Shown piece after piece: positions 8,869 to 20,401 of a stretch of DNA of 64,000 nucleotides (position 1 is the first letter of the stretch; each line of letters begins with the position of its first letter). This DNA comes from an uncultured bacterium (GTDB lineage Bacteria > Verrucomicrobiota > Kiritimatiellia > PWTM01). Below the pieces are notes generated by a model. That model ran no database searches and was not told the DNA's origin. It saw only the letters and a list, made by a program, of their open reading frames with translations. A program made the position numbers and the translations under genes. The stretch is from NCBI GenBank assembly GCA_937139365.1, contig CAKZPT010000090.1, positions 77,346-141,345 of the forward strand. Reading direction: 5' to 3'.

Positions 8869-10052
8869 GTCGCGTCTCCCTTCGCGGATCGCCCGGTCGT
8901 CGGGCCGCCGCCCGCGGCCGCCAACGCCTGGTCCAGGTCCGCGATCAAATCGTCCGCGTGCTCGATCCCGACCGACAGCCGCACCAGCCCCTCCCCGATC
9001 CCGCGGCGGCGCCGCTCGGAGGGCGGGATGGCGGCGTGGGTCATCCGGGCCGGATGGCAGACCAGCGACTCCACTCCGCCGAGGCTCTCGGCGAGGAAGA
9101 ACAGCCGCAGCGCGCCGACGAACCGTTCGACGGCCGGAAATCCACCGGCCAGCTCGGCGCTGACCATGCCGCCAAACCCCCGCATCTGCCGCCCGGCGAG
9201 GGCGTGCTGCGGATGGTCGGGCAAGCCGGGATAGTGCACGCGCTCGACCGCCGGGTGCGCGGCGAGAAAGTCGGCCACACGTTGTGCGTTCCGACAGTGC
9301 GCCTCCATCCGGAGGGCCAGCGTCTTGAGGCCGCGCAGGGCCAACCAACAATCCCACGGCCCCGGCACCGCGCCGACGGCGTTCTGATGCCATTTGAGCT
9401 TTCGGTGCAGTTCGGGATCGGTCACCACGACCGCCCCACCGATCAGGTCGCTGTGGCCGCCGAGGTATTTGGTGGAGCTATGCACGACGAGATCCGCCCC
9501 CAGCTCCAGCGGCCGCTGGAGCCATGGGCTGGCGAAGGTGTTGTCCACCGCGACCCGCGCCCCACATCGGTGGGCGGCCTCCGAGACCGCGGCGATGTCG
9601 GCCAGCCGCAACAAGGGGTTGGTGGGCGTTTCGAGCCACACCAACCGCGTGTCGTCGGTCAACGCCGACAGGAAGGCCTCCGAGTCCTCGGCCGGGGCAT
9701 AGTCGATGCGCAAGCCCCACGGTCGGAAATGGCGTTCGAACAGGCGGTAGGTTCCGCCGTACAGGTCGTCGCCGGCCAGCACGCGGTCGCCCGGCCGCAG
9801 AAGGCTCAACACCGCGCTCGTCGCCGCGACGCCGGAGGCGAACGCCAGCCCGTGCGATCCGCCCTCGAGCGAGGCCAGGGCCGTCTCCAACGCGCGGCGC
9901 GTCGGGTTGTCGGTCCGGGAGTACTCGTAGCCGCGGGGCCGCCCGATCCCGTCCTGCCGGAACGTCGAGGTTTGGTACACCGGCACCGTCACCGCCCCGG
10001 TGAGCGGGTCCGGCTCCTGTCCATCGTGGATGGCCCGGGTCTCGAACCTCAT
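8865..10052 (-). CDS. Cystathionine gamma-lyase or gamma-synthase family PLP enzyme. In this context it is most likely reverse-transsulfuration CGL.
   Basis: AIHDGQ...YSRTDNPTR...[16 protein letters not shown] (the PLP Lys is in STKY). It is 395 aa, starting at MRFETRAIH. There is an ATGA overlap with the upstream CBS stop. Confidence 0.8.
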   Translation of the reverse strand: MRFETRAIHDGQEPDPLTGAVTVPVYQTSTFRQDGIGRPRGYEYSRTDNPTRRALETALASLEGGSHGLAFASGVAATSAVLSLLRPGDRVLAGDDLYGGTYRLFERHFRPWGLRIDYAPAEDSEAFLSALTDDTRLVWLETPTNPLLRLADIAAVSEAAHRCGARVAVDNTFASPWLQRPLELGADLVVHSSTKYLGGHSDLIGGAVVVTDPELHRKLKWHQNAVGAVPGPWDCWLALRGLKTLALRMEAHCRNAQRVADFLAAHPAVERVHYPGLPDHPQHALAGRQMRGFGGMVSAELAGGFPAVERFVGALRLFFLAESLGGVESLVCHPARMTHAAIPPSERRRRGIGEGLVRLSVGIEHADDLIADLDQALAAAGGGPTTGRSAKGDAT

Positions 10053-11443
10053 ACGCCCGCCCCCCAGCCGTCCAGTACCGGCCGCCCGTTGCGGACGATC
10101 ATTCGGTCGATGACGTCCATCCGCGTGATCACCCCTTCGCCGAGGCCGGCGCGGGTGACGAGCACCGCCGGCGCGCCGGCGAGAAACAGGCGATAAGCTT
10201 CCGACACCTCCACGGCCGCGTCCAGCTCCGGCAGAGGACGGCCCATCACCGCCGACACCTCCTGGTTGACCAGGTCGATGCCGTCGAACACCAGTTTCAT
10301 CACCGTGGACTCGTTGAGGCAGCCGACCGCGCGGCCGCCGTCCATCACGGGAAGCTGGGAGATGTTGTACGTGTGCATCAACTGCACGGCCCGGCGCAGC
10401 CGGTCGCGCGGCGATACCGCGACCAGCGGCGGCAGCACCTGTTTGGCTTGGAGCACTTCGCCGACGGTGATCCGCTCGCCGGCGGGCCCGTCCCAGAACC
10501 CGTGTTCGCGCATCCAGTCGTCGCTGTGGCACTTGCTCAGGTAATTGCGGCCGGTGTCCGGCAGCAGCGCTACCACCAGCCGCGGCGCGGGCAAACGCTG
10601 CGCCACGCGCAGCGCGGCGGCCACGGCCGTGCCCGACGAGCCGCCCGCGAGCATCCCCTCCTCCCGCGCCAGGCGGCGCGCCGTGCGGAAGGACTCGCGA
10701 TCGCTGATCCGCACCATCTCGTCCACGACCGGCCGATCGAAGGTCCGCGGCACAAAATCCTCCCCGATGCCCTCGACGAGATAGGGGCGGGGCGAGTCGC
10801 CCGAGAGGATCGAGCCCTCCGGGTCCGCCCCCACCACCAGGATGTCGGGGTTGCGCTCCTTGAGGTAGCGCCCGACGCCCGAGATGGTGCCGCCCGTGCC
10901 CATGCCGGCGACGAACACGCCGATCCGGCCACCGGTCTGTTCCCAGATTTCGGGGCCGGTCGACCGGTAATGGGTGGCGGGGTTTTCGCGGTTCGCAAAC
11001 TGGTTGGGGCGCCACGCCCCCGGGATCTCGCGGGCCAGCCGGTCGGCCACGCCGTTGTAGCTTTCGGGCGAGTCGGGCGGCACCGCGGTGGGGGTCACCA
11101 CGACCTCGGCCCCGTAGGCCTTGAGCAGGCGGACCTTGTCCTCGCTCATCTTGTCCGGTAGGACGACGATCAGGCGGTAGCCCTTCACCGCGGCCGCCTG
11201 GGCGAGGCCGACGCCGGTGTTGCCGGCGGTCGCCTCGATGATCACGCCGCCGGGGCGCAGTTCGCCGGCGCGCTCGGCGGCCTCGATCATGGACAGCGCG
11301 ATCCGATCCTTCACGCTCCCGCCGGGGTTGAACATCTCCGCCTTCACATAGATCGTCGAGGGCAAACCGGCCGCCAGCCGTCGCAGCCGGATCAGGGGTG
11401 TGCGGCCGACGGCCTCCAGAACGCTGTCCAGCATGCCGCTCAT
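10049..11443 (-). CDS. Cystathionine beta-synthase: a fold-type II PLP domain plus a C-terminal CBS domain pair
   Basis: GSVKDRIA...ATAGNTGVGLA...GMGTGGTISG is a CysK/CBS-family catalytic core, followed by about 130 aa of CBS domains. The start is MSGMLDSV. There is an ATGA overlap with the osmC stop. Confidence 0.8.
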   Translation of the reverse strand: MSGMLDSVLEAVGRTPLIRLRRLAAGLPSTIYVKAEMFNPGGSVKDRIALSMIEAAERAGELRPGGVIIEATAGNTGVGLAQAAAVKGYRLIVVLPDKMSEDKVRLLKAYGAEVVVTPTAVPPDSPESYNGVADRLAREIPGAWRPNQFANRENPATHYRSTGPEIWEQTGGRIGVFVAGMGTGGTISGVGRYLKERNPDILVVGADPEGSILSGDSPRPYLVEGIGEDFVPRTFDRPVVDEMVRISDRESFRTARRLAREEGMLAGGSSGTAVAAALRVAQRLPAPRLVVALLPDTGRNYLSKCHSDDWMREHGFWDGPAGERITVGEVLQAKQVLPPLVAVSPRDRLRRAVQLMHTYNISQLPVMDGGRAVGCLNESTVMKLVFDGIDLVNQEVSAVMGRPLPELDAAVEVSEAYRLFLAGAPAVLVTRAGLGEGVITRMDVIDRMIVRNGRPVLDGWGAGV

Positions 11444-11889
11444 CGGGGCGTCAAGGAACGGATGCGCAACGTCAGCGGCGTAGGCCGGCCGAGGTTGTCG
11501 GACACGGGGCACCGCGCCTCCACGTCCGCCAGCCATCCCCGAAGGACCTCGGGCGGCGCGTCCGAGTCGAACGACAACGTCGCCTCGATCCACTGGAAGC
11601 CGGCGCGATCGGCGGTCGACCGGTTCAGCAGCCGGTCCGGATTGAGCCCGCCGCGTGCGACGATCTCAAGGTTCCGGAGGGCGATTCCCCGCTCGGCCGC
11701 CACCAGATGGGCGACCACGTTCAGGCAGCCGGCCAGTCCCGCCAGCACCGTCTCGACGGGGTTGGGACCGGCGTCCGAGCCGCCCAGCTCGGGCGGCTCG
11801 TCCACCACCAGCGAAAACTGCCGCGCCGCGACCCGTACGCGGGCCGGCGACTCGGACGCGGCACGCACCTCGAACGTCAGCTCTGGCAT
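11440..11889 (-). CDS. OsmC/Ohr family peroxiredoxin-like protein
   Basis: 149 aa, with the GCLNVVAHL...CPV pattern of the OsmC family (two conserved Cys). Confidence 0.75.
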   Translation of the reverse strand: MPELTFEVRAASESPARVRVAARQFSLVVDEPPELGGSDAGPNPVETVLAGLAGCLNVVAHLVAAERGIALRNLEIVARGGLNPDRLLNRSTADRAGFQWIEATLSFDSDAPPEVLRGWLADVEARCPVSDNLGRPTPLTLRIRSLTPR

Positions 11890-11914
11890 CGCACGGTCTC
11901 TCCCGCCTCGCCGT

Positions 11915-13282
<1,368 letters not shown>

Positions 13283-13717
13283 CTAAATCTGGAAATCGTA
13301 TTGTGTCTGCGCGACGCGCTCCCGGTATCGTTCGGCCAATTCCGATAGGCGCACTTGCGCGAAGGCGTTCCGGACCTGGTCGGCCACGACGGCCCACGTG
13401 TCGGCGATCACATCACCCGCCGCGCGATCCTGGCTGAGGTGGTCAGCCTTAACCGTTGGCAAAGGCATCCCCTCGCTGGCCTCCACAATCTCGGCCAACG
13501 TGACGTCGCGCGCCGGCCGGGCGAGCCGGAACCCACCCGAGGGGCCGCGAACGGCAGCGACAAGGCCTGCCCGGGCGAGGGCGGAGGCGACGATCCAAAG
13601 ATATTTCTCAGAAATGCCGTGTCGCCGCGCGACGCGGGAAATGGTGACGGTCGCCTCCTCCCCGCCGACGGTGAGGTCGAGCAGAAACAGCGCCGCGTAT
13701 GTCGTCCGCTTCGTCAT
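13283..13717 (-). CDS. Rrf2 family transcriptional regulator (CymR/IscR-like)
   Basis: 144 aa, with an Rrf2 winged-helix N-terminus (TVTISRVARRHGISEKYLWIVASALARAGLVAAVRGPSGGFRLARP). It is the first gene of the sulfur amino-acid gene string. Confidence 0.8.
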   Translation of the reverse strand: MTKRTTYAALFLLDLTVGGEEATVTISRVARRHGISEKYLWIVASALARAGLVAAVRGPSGGFRLARPARDVTLAEIVEASEGMPLPTVKADHLSQDRAAGDVIADTWAVVADQVRNAFAQVRLSELAERYRERVAQTQYDFQI

Positions 13718-13749
13718 CGAGTTTCTCTCAATACACGATCTTCATTTAC

Positions 13750-13777
13750 CATTATACAAAGCATCCGCGTAGTGTCA
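13750..13777 (-). promoter_or_regulatory. Near-consensus sigma-70 promoter (TTGACA-16 nt-TATAAT) driving the Rrf2 regulator operon
   Basis: On the minus strand: TTGACActacgcggatgctttgTATAATgg, about 30 nt upstream of the Rrf2 ATG. It is embedded in an approximately 35% GC island (13718-13893) within a 67% GC genome. Confidence 0.55.
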
Positions 13778-13893
13778 AACACCGTATTTTCGATAGAACG
13801 TTAACTACGTGCTTGTAAGCCATTTATGAATTTATAAAAGTGCCTGTCCCTAATTTGGTATTTGGGCCTCGACTCCGATCGCGCGTAGGCAGG

Positions 13894-14781
13894 TCAAGAT
13901 CGAGGGTGGTACCGTTCGTGGATGGCCTTGAGCCGGCCCGAGTCCACGTGGGTGTAGATTTGCGTCGTGGCAATGTCGGCGTGGCCGAGCAGTTCCTGGA
14001 TCACCCGCAGAGGCGCGCCGTTGGCCAGCAAATGCGTCGCAAACGTGTGCCGCAACGTGTGCGGATGCACATCCTTTTCCAGCCCCGCCTGTCGGGCATA
14101 CCTCCGAACCAGCCGCCAGATCTGACGTCGATCGAGCGGCCCGCCCCGCCGCGACAGGAACAGGCGGTCGCCCCCCGTGCGTCGCGCAAGCCGCGGCCGC
14201 TCTTCCTCTAGATAGCGCAACAGCGCTGCATGCGCCGCAGCTCCAAACGGCACCACACGCTCCTTCCGCCCCTTGCCGACGCACCGCAGGAACCTCTCCT
14301 CCAAGTGCACGCGGTCTACCGTCAGCCCGGCCAGCTCCGACACCCTCAGCCCCGACGCGTACAACAGTTCCAGCATCGCCCGGTCGCGCGCGCCAAGCGG
14401 CCGGTCCGCCTCCGGAGCCGACAACAGCCGTTCCACCTCGCGCGTGGTCAGAGCGTCGGGCAGAAGCTTCCACAAGCGCGGGACTCCCATCGTCTCCGCC
14501 ACGTCGCGCGCCAACAGCCCTTCCTGCGCAAGAAAACGAAACCAGGAACGGACGGCTGCCAGCCGGCGCGCCAGGGTCGTGGACTTCAGGCCGGCCTCCC
14601 GGCCGTCCATCAGAAAATCCACGATGTCCTTTCGCGATACGTCCCCGGGGGACCGTATGCCGCGCGAGGCTAAAAAACCCGAAAATCGGTGAAGGTCAGT
14701 GCGGTAGGCCGCCCGTGTGTTGGCGCTCAAGCCCCGCTCCACCTCGATGAACTCGAGGAACCGATCGAGGAGCGCCTGCAC
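13894..14781 (-). CDS. Tyrosine recombinase XerC/XerD family
   Basis: C-terminal catalytic motifs HTLRHTFATHLL and LGHADIATTQIYTHV. N-terminal SAM-like domain. 295 aa. Confidence 0.8.
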   Translation of the reverse strand: MQALLDRFLEFIEVERGLSANTRAAYRTDLHRFSGFLASRGIRSPGDVSRKDIVDFLMDGREAGLKSTTLARRLAAVRSWFRFLAQEGLLARDVAETMGVPRLWKLLPDALTTREVERLLSAPEADRPLGARDRAMLELLYASGLRVSELAGLTVDRVHLEERFLRCVGKGRKERVVPFGAAAHAALLRYLEEERPRLARRTGGDRLFLSRRGGPLDRRQIWRLVRRYARQAGLEKDVHPHTLRHTFATHLLANGAPLRVIQELLGHADIATTQIYTHVDSGRLKAIHERYHPRS

Positions 14782-14798
14782 GGCGGCGCCGACCCACC

Positions 14799-15707
14799 CT
14801 ACGGCTGCGACAACGCCTGCGCCAGCGTCATCCCGGTGAGCCGCTCAAAGGCCTCGAGGTATTTCGCTCGGGTCCGCTCCACCACCTCCGCCGGCAGCTC
14901 GGGCCCGGGCGGTTGCTTGTTCCAGTCGAGGGTCTCGAGGTAGTCGCGCAGATACTGCTTGTCGAACGACGGCGGATTCCGGCCCGGCTCATACTGGTCG
15001 GCGGGCCAGAATCGCGAGCTGTCGGGCGTCAGGGCCTCGTCGACGAGATGGAGCCGCCCGTCGATGAGCCCGAACTCGAACTTCGTGTCGGCGATGATGA
15101 TGCCCCGCGTCAACGCATAGGCGGCCGACTCGCGGTACAGCGCCAGGCTCACGTCCCTCAACTGGCGGGCCAGATCCTCCCCCACCATCGCCACCACATC
15201 CTCGTACCGAATGTTCACGTCATGGCCGGTCTCGGCCTTCGTCGAGGGCGTGAAGACCGGCTCGTCCAAGCGGTCCGCCAGCCGGTATCCCGCCCGCAGC
15301 GGGGTTCCACCGATCGTCCCGTCCCTCTGGTAATCCTTCCATCCGGACCCGATGAGGTAGCCGCGAACGATGCACTCGACGGGCAACATCTGTGCTTTGC
15401 GTACCGTCATCGTCCGGCCCAGCAGCACCTGGCGGTACTCCTGCAACCGCGCCGGCAGGTCCTCCAGCCGCGTGGAGACGCAGTGGTTGGGCACGATCCC
15501 GGACAGGCGCCGAAACCACCAGGCCGACATCAGATTCAGGACCTGCCCCTTGCCCGGAATCCCGGTGGGCATGACTACGTCGAACGCCGAAATGCGGTCC
15601 GAAGCGACGAACAAATACAGTTCGCCCAGCTCGAATACCTCCCTGACCTTCCCCCTCTTGATCCGTTTCAGCTCTGGAATGTCGATGCTTGTGAACGCGC
15701 GTTCCAT
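14799..15707 (-). CDS. purC: Phosphoribosylaminoimidazole-succinocarboxamide synthase (SAICAR synthetase)
   Basis: GKVREVF...LFVASDRISAFD...IIADTKFEFG. The start MERAFTSIDI is at 15707; the track ORF is extended upstream. Confidence 0.9.
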   Translation of the reverse strand: MERAFTSIDIPELKRIKRGKVREVFELGELYLFVASDRISAFDVVMPTGIPGKGQVLNLMSAWWFRRLSGIVPNHCVSTRLEDLPARLQEYRQVLLGRTMTVRKAQMLPVECIVRGYLIGSGWKDYQRDGTIGGTPLRAGYRLADRLDEPVFTPSTKAETGHDVNIRYEDVVAMVGEDLARQLRDVSLALYRESAAYALTRGIIIADTKFEFGLIDGRLHLVDEALTPDSSRFWPADQYEPGRNPPSFDKQYLRDYLETLDWNKQPPGPELPAEVVERTRAKYLEAFERLTGMTLAQALSQP

Positions 15708-15763
15708 CGTGGTATTTCCTGAACCCGCCGGCGGCACATGCCGCCCGCTCGGGCGCGCGGACA

Positions 15764-17245
15764 TTACGCCAACGGAGCCCCGAGGGCAAGCCAGTCCGAC
15801 AACAGGCGGGCGCCGAACAGCGTGGCACCGGGGCCGCGATGGGGGGCCGCGGTGTCCACCTTGCCCGTGGCCGCAATGTCGAGGTGCGCCCAGGGAATGT
15901 CTGCCGGAACGAATCGCTTGAGAAACGCGGCGCCGAGGATCGTCCCCGCGCCCCCCTCGCCGGAGTTGGCCAGGTCCGCGAAGTCGCTGCGAAGCTGCGT
16001 ATCGTACTCCGGCCACAGCGGCAATGGCCAGACCCGCTCGCCCACCGCCTCGCCGCACCGCCGAAGGCTCGCGATCAGCCGGTCGTCGTTGCCAAGAATA
16101 GCCGCCGCATGGCGCCCGAGCGCCACCAGCGCCGCGCCAGTCAGCGTCGCAACGTCCACGATCGCCACCGGCCGCCGCTCGACCGCCAGGGAGAGGGCGT
16201 CGGCCAGGATCAGGCGCCCCTCGGCGTCGGTGGAGATCACCTCGACCGTCACCCCGGCGCGCGTACGCAAGATGTCGCCCGGCCGCAGGGCCCCGCCGTC
16301 GGGCATGTTCTCCGCCACCGGCAGCAGCCCAATGACGCGTAGCGGAAGCCGGCGGACCGCCGCCGTCAGCACCGCCGCCAGCACCGCCATGCCGCCGCTC
16401 TTGTCGTAGCGCATCAGCGACATGCCCTTCCACGGCTTGAGCGACAGGCCGCCCGAATCGAAGGTGATCGTCTTGCCCGCCAACGCCACCGGCCGCCCCC
16501 GTGCGCCGGCGTGCTCCAGCTCAATTAGGCACGGCGGATGCCGGCTCCCACGCCCCACCGCCAGCAGCGCGCGGCAGCCCATTTGCTCCAACGCGCGGGC
16601 GTCGTGCACGCGGCAGCGCACCCCCCAACGCCGGGCCAGGCGCCGCGCCTCGCGGGCGAGAAACTGGGGCGTCGCCGTTGCGGCATCTAGGTTAGCCAGA
16701 CGGTGCACCTCCGCCCAGACTTCCGCCTCCCGCTCGGCCATCTCACACGCCACCCGAACGTTCCCGCCTCCGTCGCGAACCGCCAAATGAAGATCCAGCT
16801 GGCGGAAAGGCGGCGTGGCCGCCTTCCCGAACTCGGGCGACGAAGCCCCCATCGTCGCCCCAAGAATCGCCGAGCGCGCCTCGTCGGCCGCCGACCGCCA
16901 GCCGGGCAATTCGATAACCAGCCCGCCCCACCGCCGGCGACGCGCGACACGCGCCGCCGCCGCCACCGCCCGCTCCATCCTCCATGGCGCGGGAGGCACC
17001 TCGTCCCCCACGCCGCACAACACCAGGTGCCCGGCCCCGCCGCGTCCGAGCGTTGGCGCCACCACCGGCTCCTCCGGAAGGGCCGGCCACTCCATCCCCT
17101 CCAGCGCCAGTTGCGCCAGCTCCTGCAACCCTCCGCCGACAGACGCCGCCGGCCTCGGGCGACCCTCCGAACGCGTGACCGGAACCCACCACCCCTCCAC
17201 CCTGGCCGGCACACGCCCCAGCCGCCACCGCACCGGGGCGCTCAT
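15764..17245 (-). CDS. pepA: Leucyl aminopeptidase (M17 family)
   Basis: M17 C-terminal catalytic domain NTDAEGRL and GKTITFDSGG...MRYDKSGGMAV. Confidence 0.85.
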   Translation of the reverse strand: MSAPVRWRLGRVPARVEGWWVPVTRSEGRPRPAASVGGGLQELAQLALEGMEWPALPEEPVVAPTLGRGGAGHLVLCGVGDEVPPAPWRMERAVAAAARVARRRRWGGLVIELPGWRSAADEARSAILGATMGASSPEFGKAATPPFRQLDLHLAVRDGGGNVRVACEMAEREAEVWAEVHRLANLDAATATPQFLAREARRLARRWGVRCRVHDARALEQMGCRALLAVGRGSRHPPCLIELEHAGARGRPVALAGKTITFDSGGLSLKPWKGMSLMRYDKSGGMAVLAAVLTAAVRRLPLRVIGLLPVAENMPDGGALRPGDILRTRAGVTVEVISTDAEGRLILADALSLAVERRPVAIVDVATLTGAALVALGRHAAAILGNDDRLIASLRRCGEAVGERVWPLPLWPEYDTQLRSDFADLANSGEGGAGTILGAAFLKRFVPADIPWAHLDIAATGKVDTAAPHRGPGATLFGARLLSDWLALGAPLA

Positions 17246-17246
17246 C

Positions 17247-17577
17247 CTACCGAAGGTCCTCCGGCAGTTGCGCGCGCCGCTCGGGATCGGCCGGCAGATC
17301 GTTGGCGTCGAACCCCGCCAGCACGATCGCCCGCTCGAAATTCCGCCGCGCCGCCCGCTCGCTGTTGTAGGTCAACCGAACCGTTCGCGTAGTCAGGTCC
17401 GTCTCGACCCGCAGGAGGATGTTGGTGTCGAAGGTCTGCAGGGCCCGCCGGACGATCTCCTCCGCCTGCGGGGTGGCCATGCGCGGCACCCGAATCTCGA
17501 ACGTTCGGACCACCTGCCGGAAACAACCGGAGGCGAGCGCCGCCAGCAGCATTGCCGTTACAAGACCGCGGATCCGA
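17247..17577 (-). CDS. Small lipoprotein of unknown function
   Basis: Lipoprotein signal with lipobox: VNHRIRGLVTAMLLAALASGC. The start is probably a GTG near 17577. It is about 110 aa. The track ORF 17247..17744 is extended upstream. Confidence 0.4.
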
Positions 17578-17631
17578 TGGTTCACGGGGTCACGATAGGG
17601 GTCGCGCCGCAAACGTGTCAACCGCCCGCCA

Positions 17632-18270
17632 TCAGCCGCGGGGCATGGTGCAGCCAAGACCGATCCGCCGGGAGCCGGCCGCCGGCGGGCCACCGGCGCG
17701 GTGGAGCAGGTCCAGCAACTCCACCAGCGGCAGTCCGACCACATTGCTGTACGAGCCGCGGATCCAGCGGACGAAATGTGCGGCGCCTTCCTGAATTCCG
17801 TAGGCCCCCGCCTTGTCCATCGGATCGCCGGAGGCCACGTACGCTCGGATTTCCTTCTCCGACAAACGGCGAAAGCGGACCTCGGTGGCCACCGCCCGCG
17901 ACCGCGTCCGCGGCCGCCGTCCCGGCGCCTCGGAGAGCACCGCCACGCCGCTGATCACCTGGTGGGTGCGGCCGCTGAGCCGGCGGAGCATCCGCCGCGC
18001 GTCGGCGGCCGACCGCGGCTTGCCCAGGATTTGGCCGGCGAGCACGACGATCGTGTCGCAGCCGATCGTACGCCGCGGCCCGCGCGACGCCCCGAGTCGC
18101 CGAGCCACCGCTGCCGCCTTCTCGCGAGCGACGCGCCGTGCGAAGGCCGCCGGCGGTTCGGCGCGACGCGGCCGCTCGTCAATGTCCGGAGACACGGCGC
18201 GGAACGGCACCCCCGCCCGCGCCAGCAGTTCGCGCCGGCGCGGCGAGGAACTGGCCAGTACGATCTCCAC
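17632..18270 (-). CDS. maf: Maf-like nucleoside triphosphate pyrophosphatase
   Basis: VLASSSPRRRELL...IGCDTIVVL...KPRSAADARRMLRRLSGRTHQVISGVAV. The start is a GTG near 18270. The long track ORF upstream of it is spurious. Confidence 0.8.
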   Translation of the reverse strand: MEIVLASSSPRRRELLARAGVPFRAVSPDIDERPRRAEPPAAFARRVAREKAAAVARRLGASRGPRRTIGCDTIVVLAGQILGKPRSAADARRMLRRLSGRTHQVISGVAVLSEAPGRRPRTRSRAVATEVRFRRLSEKEIRAYVASGDPMDKAGAYGIQEGAAHFVRWIRGSYSNVVGLPLVELLDLLHRAGGPPAAGSRRIGLGCTMPRG

Positions 18271-18302
18271 CGGCCGCGCCCCCGCCCGCGACTCCGCCGG
18301 CC

Positions 18303-19688
18303 TCACAGCGGCGGCGGCTTGGGCAGCCCTTCGATCGCCGCCAGCGACCGGCGCATCTCGTCCTCGGTCATCAAGTAGTTCTGGAGGCGGCCGTTGAGGA
18401 AGGCATCGTAGCCGGTCAGGTCCATCAGCCCGTGGCCGGACCAGTTCAGCAGGATGACCTTTTCCCGCCCCTCCTCGGCGGCCCGATTCGCCTCGCGGAT
18501 CGCGGCCGCGATCGCATGCGAGGTCTCGGGGGCGGGGATGAACCCCTCGGTTCGCGCCCATAGCACCGCCCCTTCGTAGCACTCGAGCTGCGGCAGGGCG
18601 ACCGCCTCGATCAGGCCGAGCCGCCGCAGGTGGCAAACCAGCGGCGCCATCCCGTGGTACCTCAGTCCGCCGGCGTGGATCGGCGGGGGCACGAACGTGT
18701 GGCCGAGGCTGTACATCGGCAGCAGCGGCGTCATCATCGCGACGTCGCCGGAGTCGTACACGTACGGCGCCATCGTCATCCGCGGGCAGGCGGCCGGTTC
18801 GGCGGCGACGACGCGGACGTCGCGCCCGTGGATCCGGTCGCACACGAACGGGAAGCTGATCCCCGCGAAATTCGAACCGCCCCCGGCGCAGCCGATCACG
18901 ACGTCGGGATACTCGCCGAACTTCTCCATCTGCCTTTTCGCCTCGAGGCCGATGATCGTTTGGTGCAGGCAAACGTGGTTCAGCACGCTACCCAGGGAGT
19001 ACCGCGTGTCGGGCGACGTCACGCAGTCCTCGATTGCCTCGCTGATCGCGATACCGAGGCTGCCGGGCGTGTCCGGATCCTTCTCGAGGATCGCCCGCCC
19101 CGTCTTCGTCGACGGATTCGGGCTGGGCAGGCACTCCGCCCCCCACGTCTGCATCATCATCTTCCGGAACGGCTTCTGGTCGAAGGAAATCCGGACCATG
19201 TAGACCCGGCACGCCAGGCCGAACAGCCGGCAGGCGAACGCCAGCGCGCTGCCCCACTGGCCCGCGCCCGTCTCGGTCGTCAACCGCCGGATGCCGAAGA
19301 CCTTGTTGTAGTACACCTGGGGCACCGCGGTGTTGGGCTTGTGGCTGCCGGCGGGCGAGACGCCTTCGTTCTTGTAGTAGATGCGCGCCGGCGTGTTCAG
19401 CGCCCGCTCCAGCGCGCGCGCGCGGTACAGCGGCGTCGGCCGCCAGATCAGAAGCTTCTCCAGCACCGGTTCGGGGATATCGATCCAGCGTTGGGTCGAG
19501 ACCTCCTGTTCGATGATGTTCATCGGGAACACCGGCGCCAGGTCCTCCGGCGTCACCGGCGAACCGTCGGGCTTGATCGGCGGCGGGAGGGGCTTCGGCA
19601 GGTCCGCCGCGATGTTGTACCACTGTCGGGGGATGTCCTGTTCGTCGAGCGTCACCTTGATGCGTTCGGCCATTGGAAGGTTCTCCAC
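18303..19688 (-). CDS. trpB: TrpB2-type tryptophan synthase beta-subunit-like PLP enzyme (stand-alone, no trpA nearby)
   Basis: 461 aa, the long TrpB2 form, with the PLP-Lys region GSHKPNTAV and TrpB-like motifs such as [13 protein letters not shown] and GCAGGGSN. Confidence 0.75.
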   Translation of the reverse strand: MENLPMAERIKVTLDEQDIPRQWYNIAADLPKPLPPPIKPDGSPVTPEDLAPVFPMNIIEQEVSTQRWIDIPEPVLEKLLIWRPTPLYRARALERALNTPARIYYKNEGVSPAGSHKPNTAVPQVYYNKVFGIRRLTTETGAGQWGSALAFACRLFGLACRVYMVRISFDQKPFRKMMMQTWGAECLPSPNPSTKTGRAILEKDPDTPGSLGIAISEAIEDCVTSPDTRYSLGSVLNHVCLHQTIIGLEAKRQMEKFGEYPDVVIGCAGGGSNFAGISFPFVCDRIHGRDVRVVAAEPAACPRMTMAPYVYDSGDVAMMTPLLPMYSLGHTFVPPPIHAGGLRYHGMAPLVCHLRRLGLIEAVALPQLECYEGAVLWARTEGFIPAPETSHAIAAAIREANRAAEEGREKVILLNWSGHGLMDLTGYDAFLNGRLQNYLMTEDEMRRSLAAIEGLPKPPPL

Positions 19689-19689
19689 C

Positions 19690-20286
19690 TCAGCTTCCCG
19701 GATGCTCCGCCCGCCCGCCCTGCCGGCACAGCGGGCACTCCGCGGGCGGCCACGTCGTCGGCGCCAGTCGCAACAGCGAGACCAGCGGCGCGTCGAACCG
19801 CACCGTGCCGTCGCTGCGGTCCACCAGCACCGCCACCGCCGCGACCACGCCGCCGGCGCCGTGGACGATCCGGATCGTCTCCTCCACCCGCCCGCCCCGC
19901 GTCACCACGTCCTCGGCCACGACGAACCGCTCGCCGGGGCGGATCGCAAACCCCCGCCGGACCACCAGCCGGCCCTCCTGCTTCTCCGCGAAGATCGAAC
20001 GGACGTTCAACGCGCGGGCGATTTCGTGGCCGACGAAGAGCCCCCCCATCGCCGGCGAGATCACCGCATCGGCTTCGACGCCCGCCGCCGTCAGCCGGCG
20101 GGCGAGCTCGCCGCACAGCCGGGCCGTGCGGTCGGGCCACTGCAGCAGCAGGGCGCACTGAAAATACTGGTCGCTGTGGAGGCCCGACCTCAGCTCGAAA
20201 TGGCCCGAGAGCAGCGCGCCGGTCTCCCGAAACATCGCCAGGACGTCCGCCTCGGACAGCCCCACCCCGTTCGTCATCTCCGCCAT
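19690..20286 (-). CDS. pyrE: Orotate phosphoribosyltransferase
   Basis: PRPP-binding motif [11 protein letters not shown]. The start MAEMTNGV is at 20286. Confidence 0.85.
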   Translation of the reverse strand: MAEMTNGVGLSEADVLAMFRETGALLSGHFELRSGLHSDQYFQCALLLQWPDRTARLCGELARRLTAAGVEADAVISPAMGGLFVGHEIARALNVRSIFAEKQEGRLVVRRGFAIRPGERFVVAEDVVTRGGRVEETIRIVHGAGGVVAAVAVLVDRSDGTVRFDAPLVSLLRLAPTTWPPAECPLCRQGGRAEHPGS

Positions 20287-20401
20287 GATCCCCCGTCGCG
20301 CGGTTCCAAGGATTGGAAGCCCGTCCGTCACTCGCGTCCAACCCTTGGACGGCGTTCGCGGCATTGTGCCTGCCGGCGCGAAAAAGAAAAGCCCGACGCG
20401 G

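Noticed and set aside
13780-13860. AT-rich palindromic stretch next to xerC/D as a possible dif site
   Set aside because: There is only partial resemblance (TTATG...TTATAAAA) to the 28-bp dif consensus. It is better explained as the UP/-35/-10 region of the Rrf2 operon promoter. dif need not be adjacent to xer genes.
13894-14781. Tyrosine recombinase as a marker of an integrated mobile element
   Set aside because: The sequence has the XerC/XerD-type C-terminus (LGHADIATTQIYTHV) and housekeeping neighbours (purC, pepA). There is no attachment-site duplication, no phage or transposon genes, and no compositional shift beyond the short promoter island.
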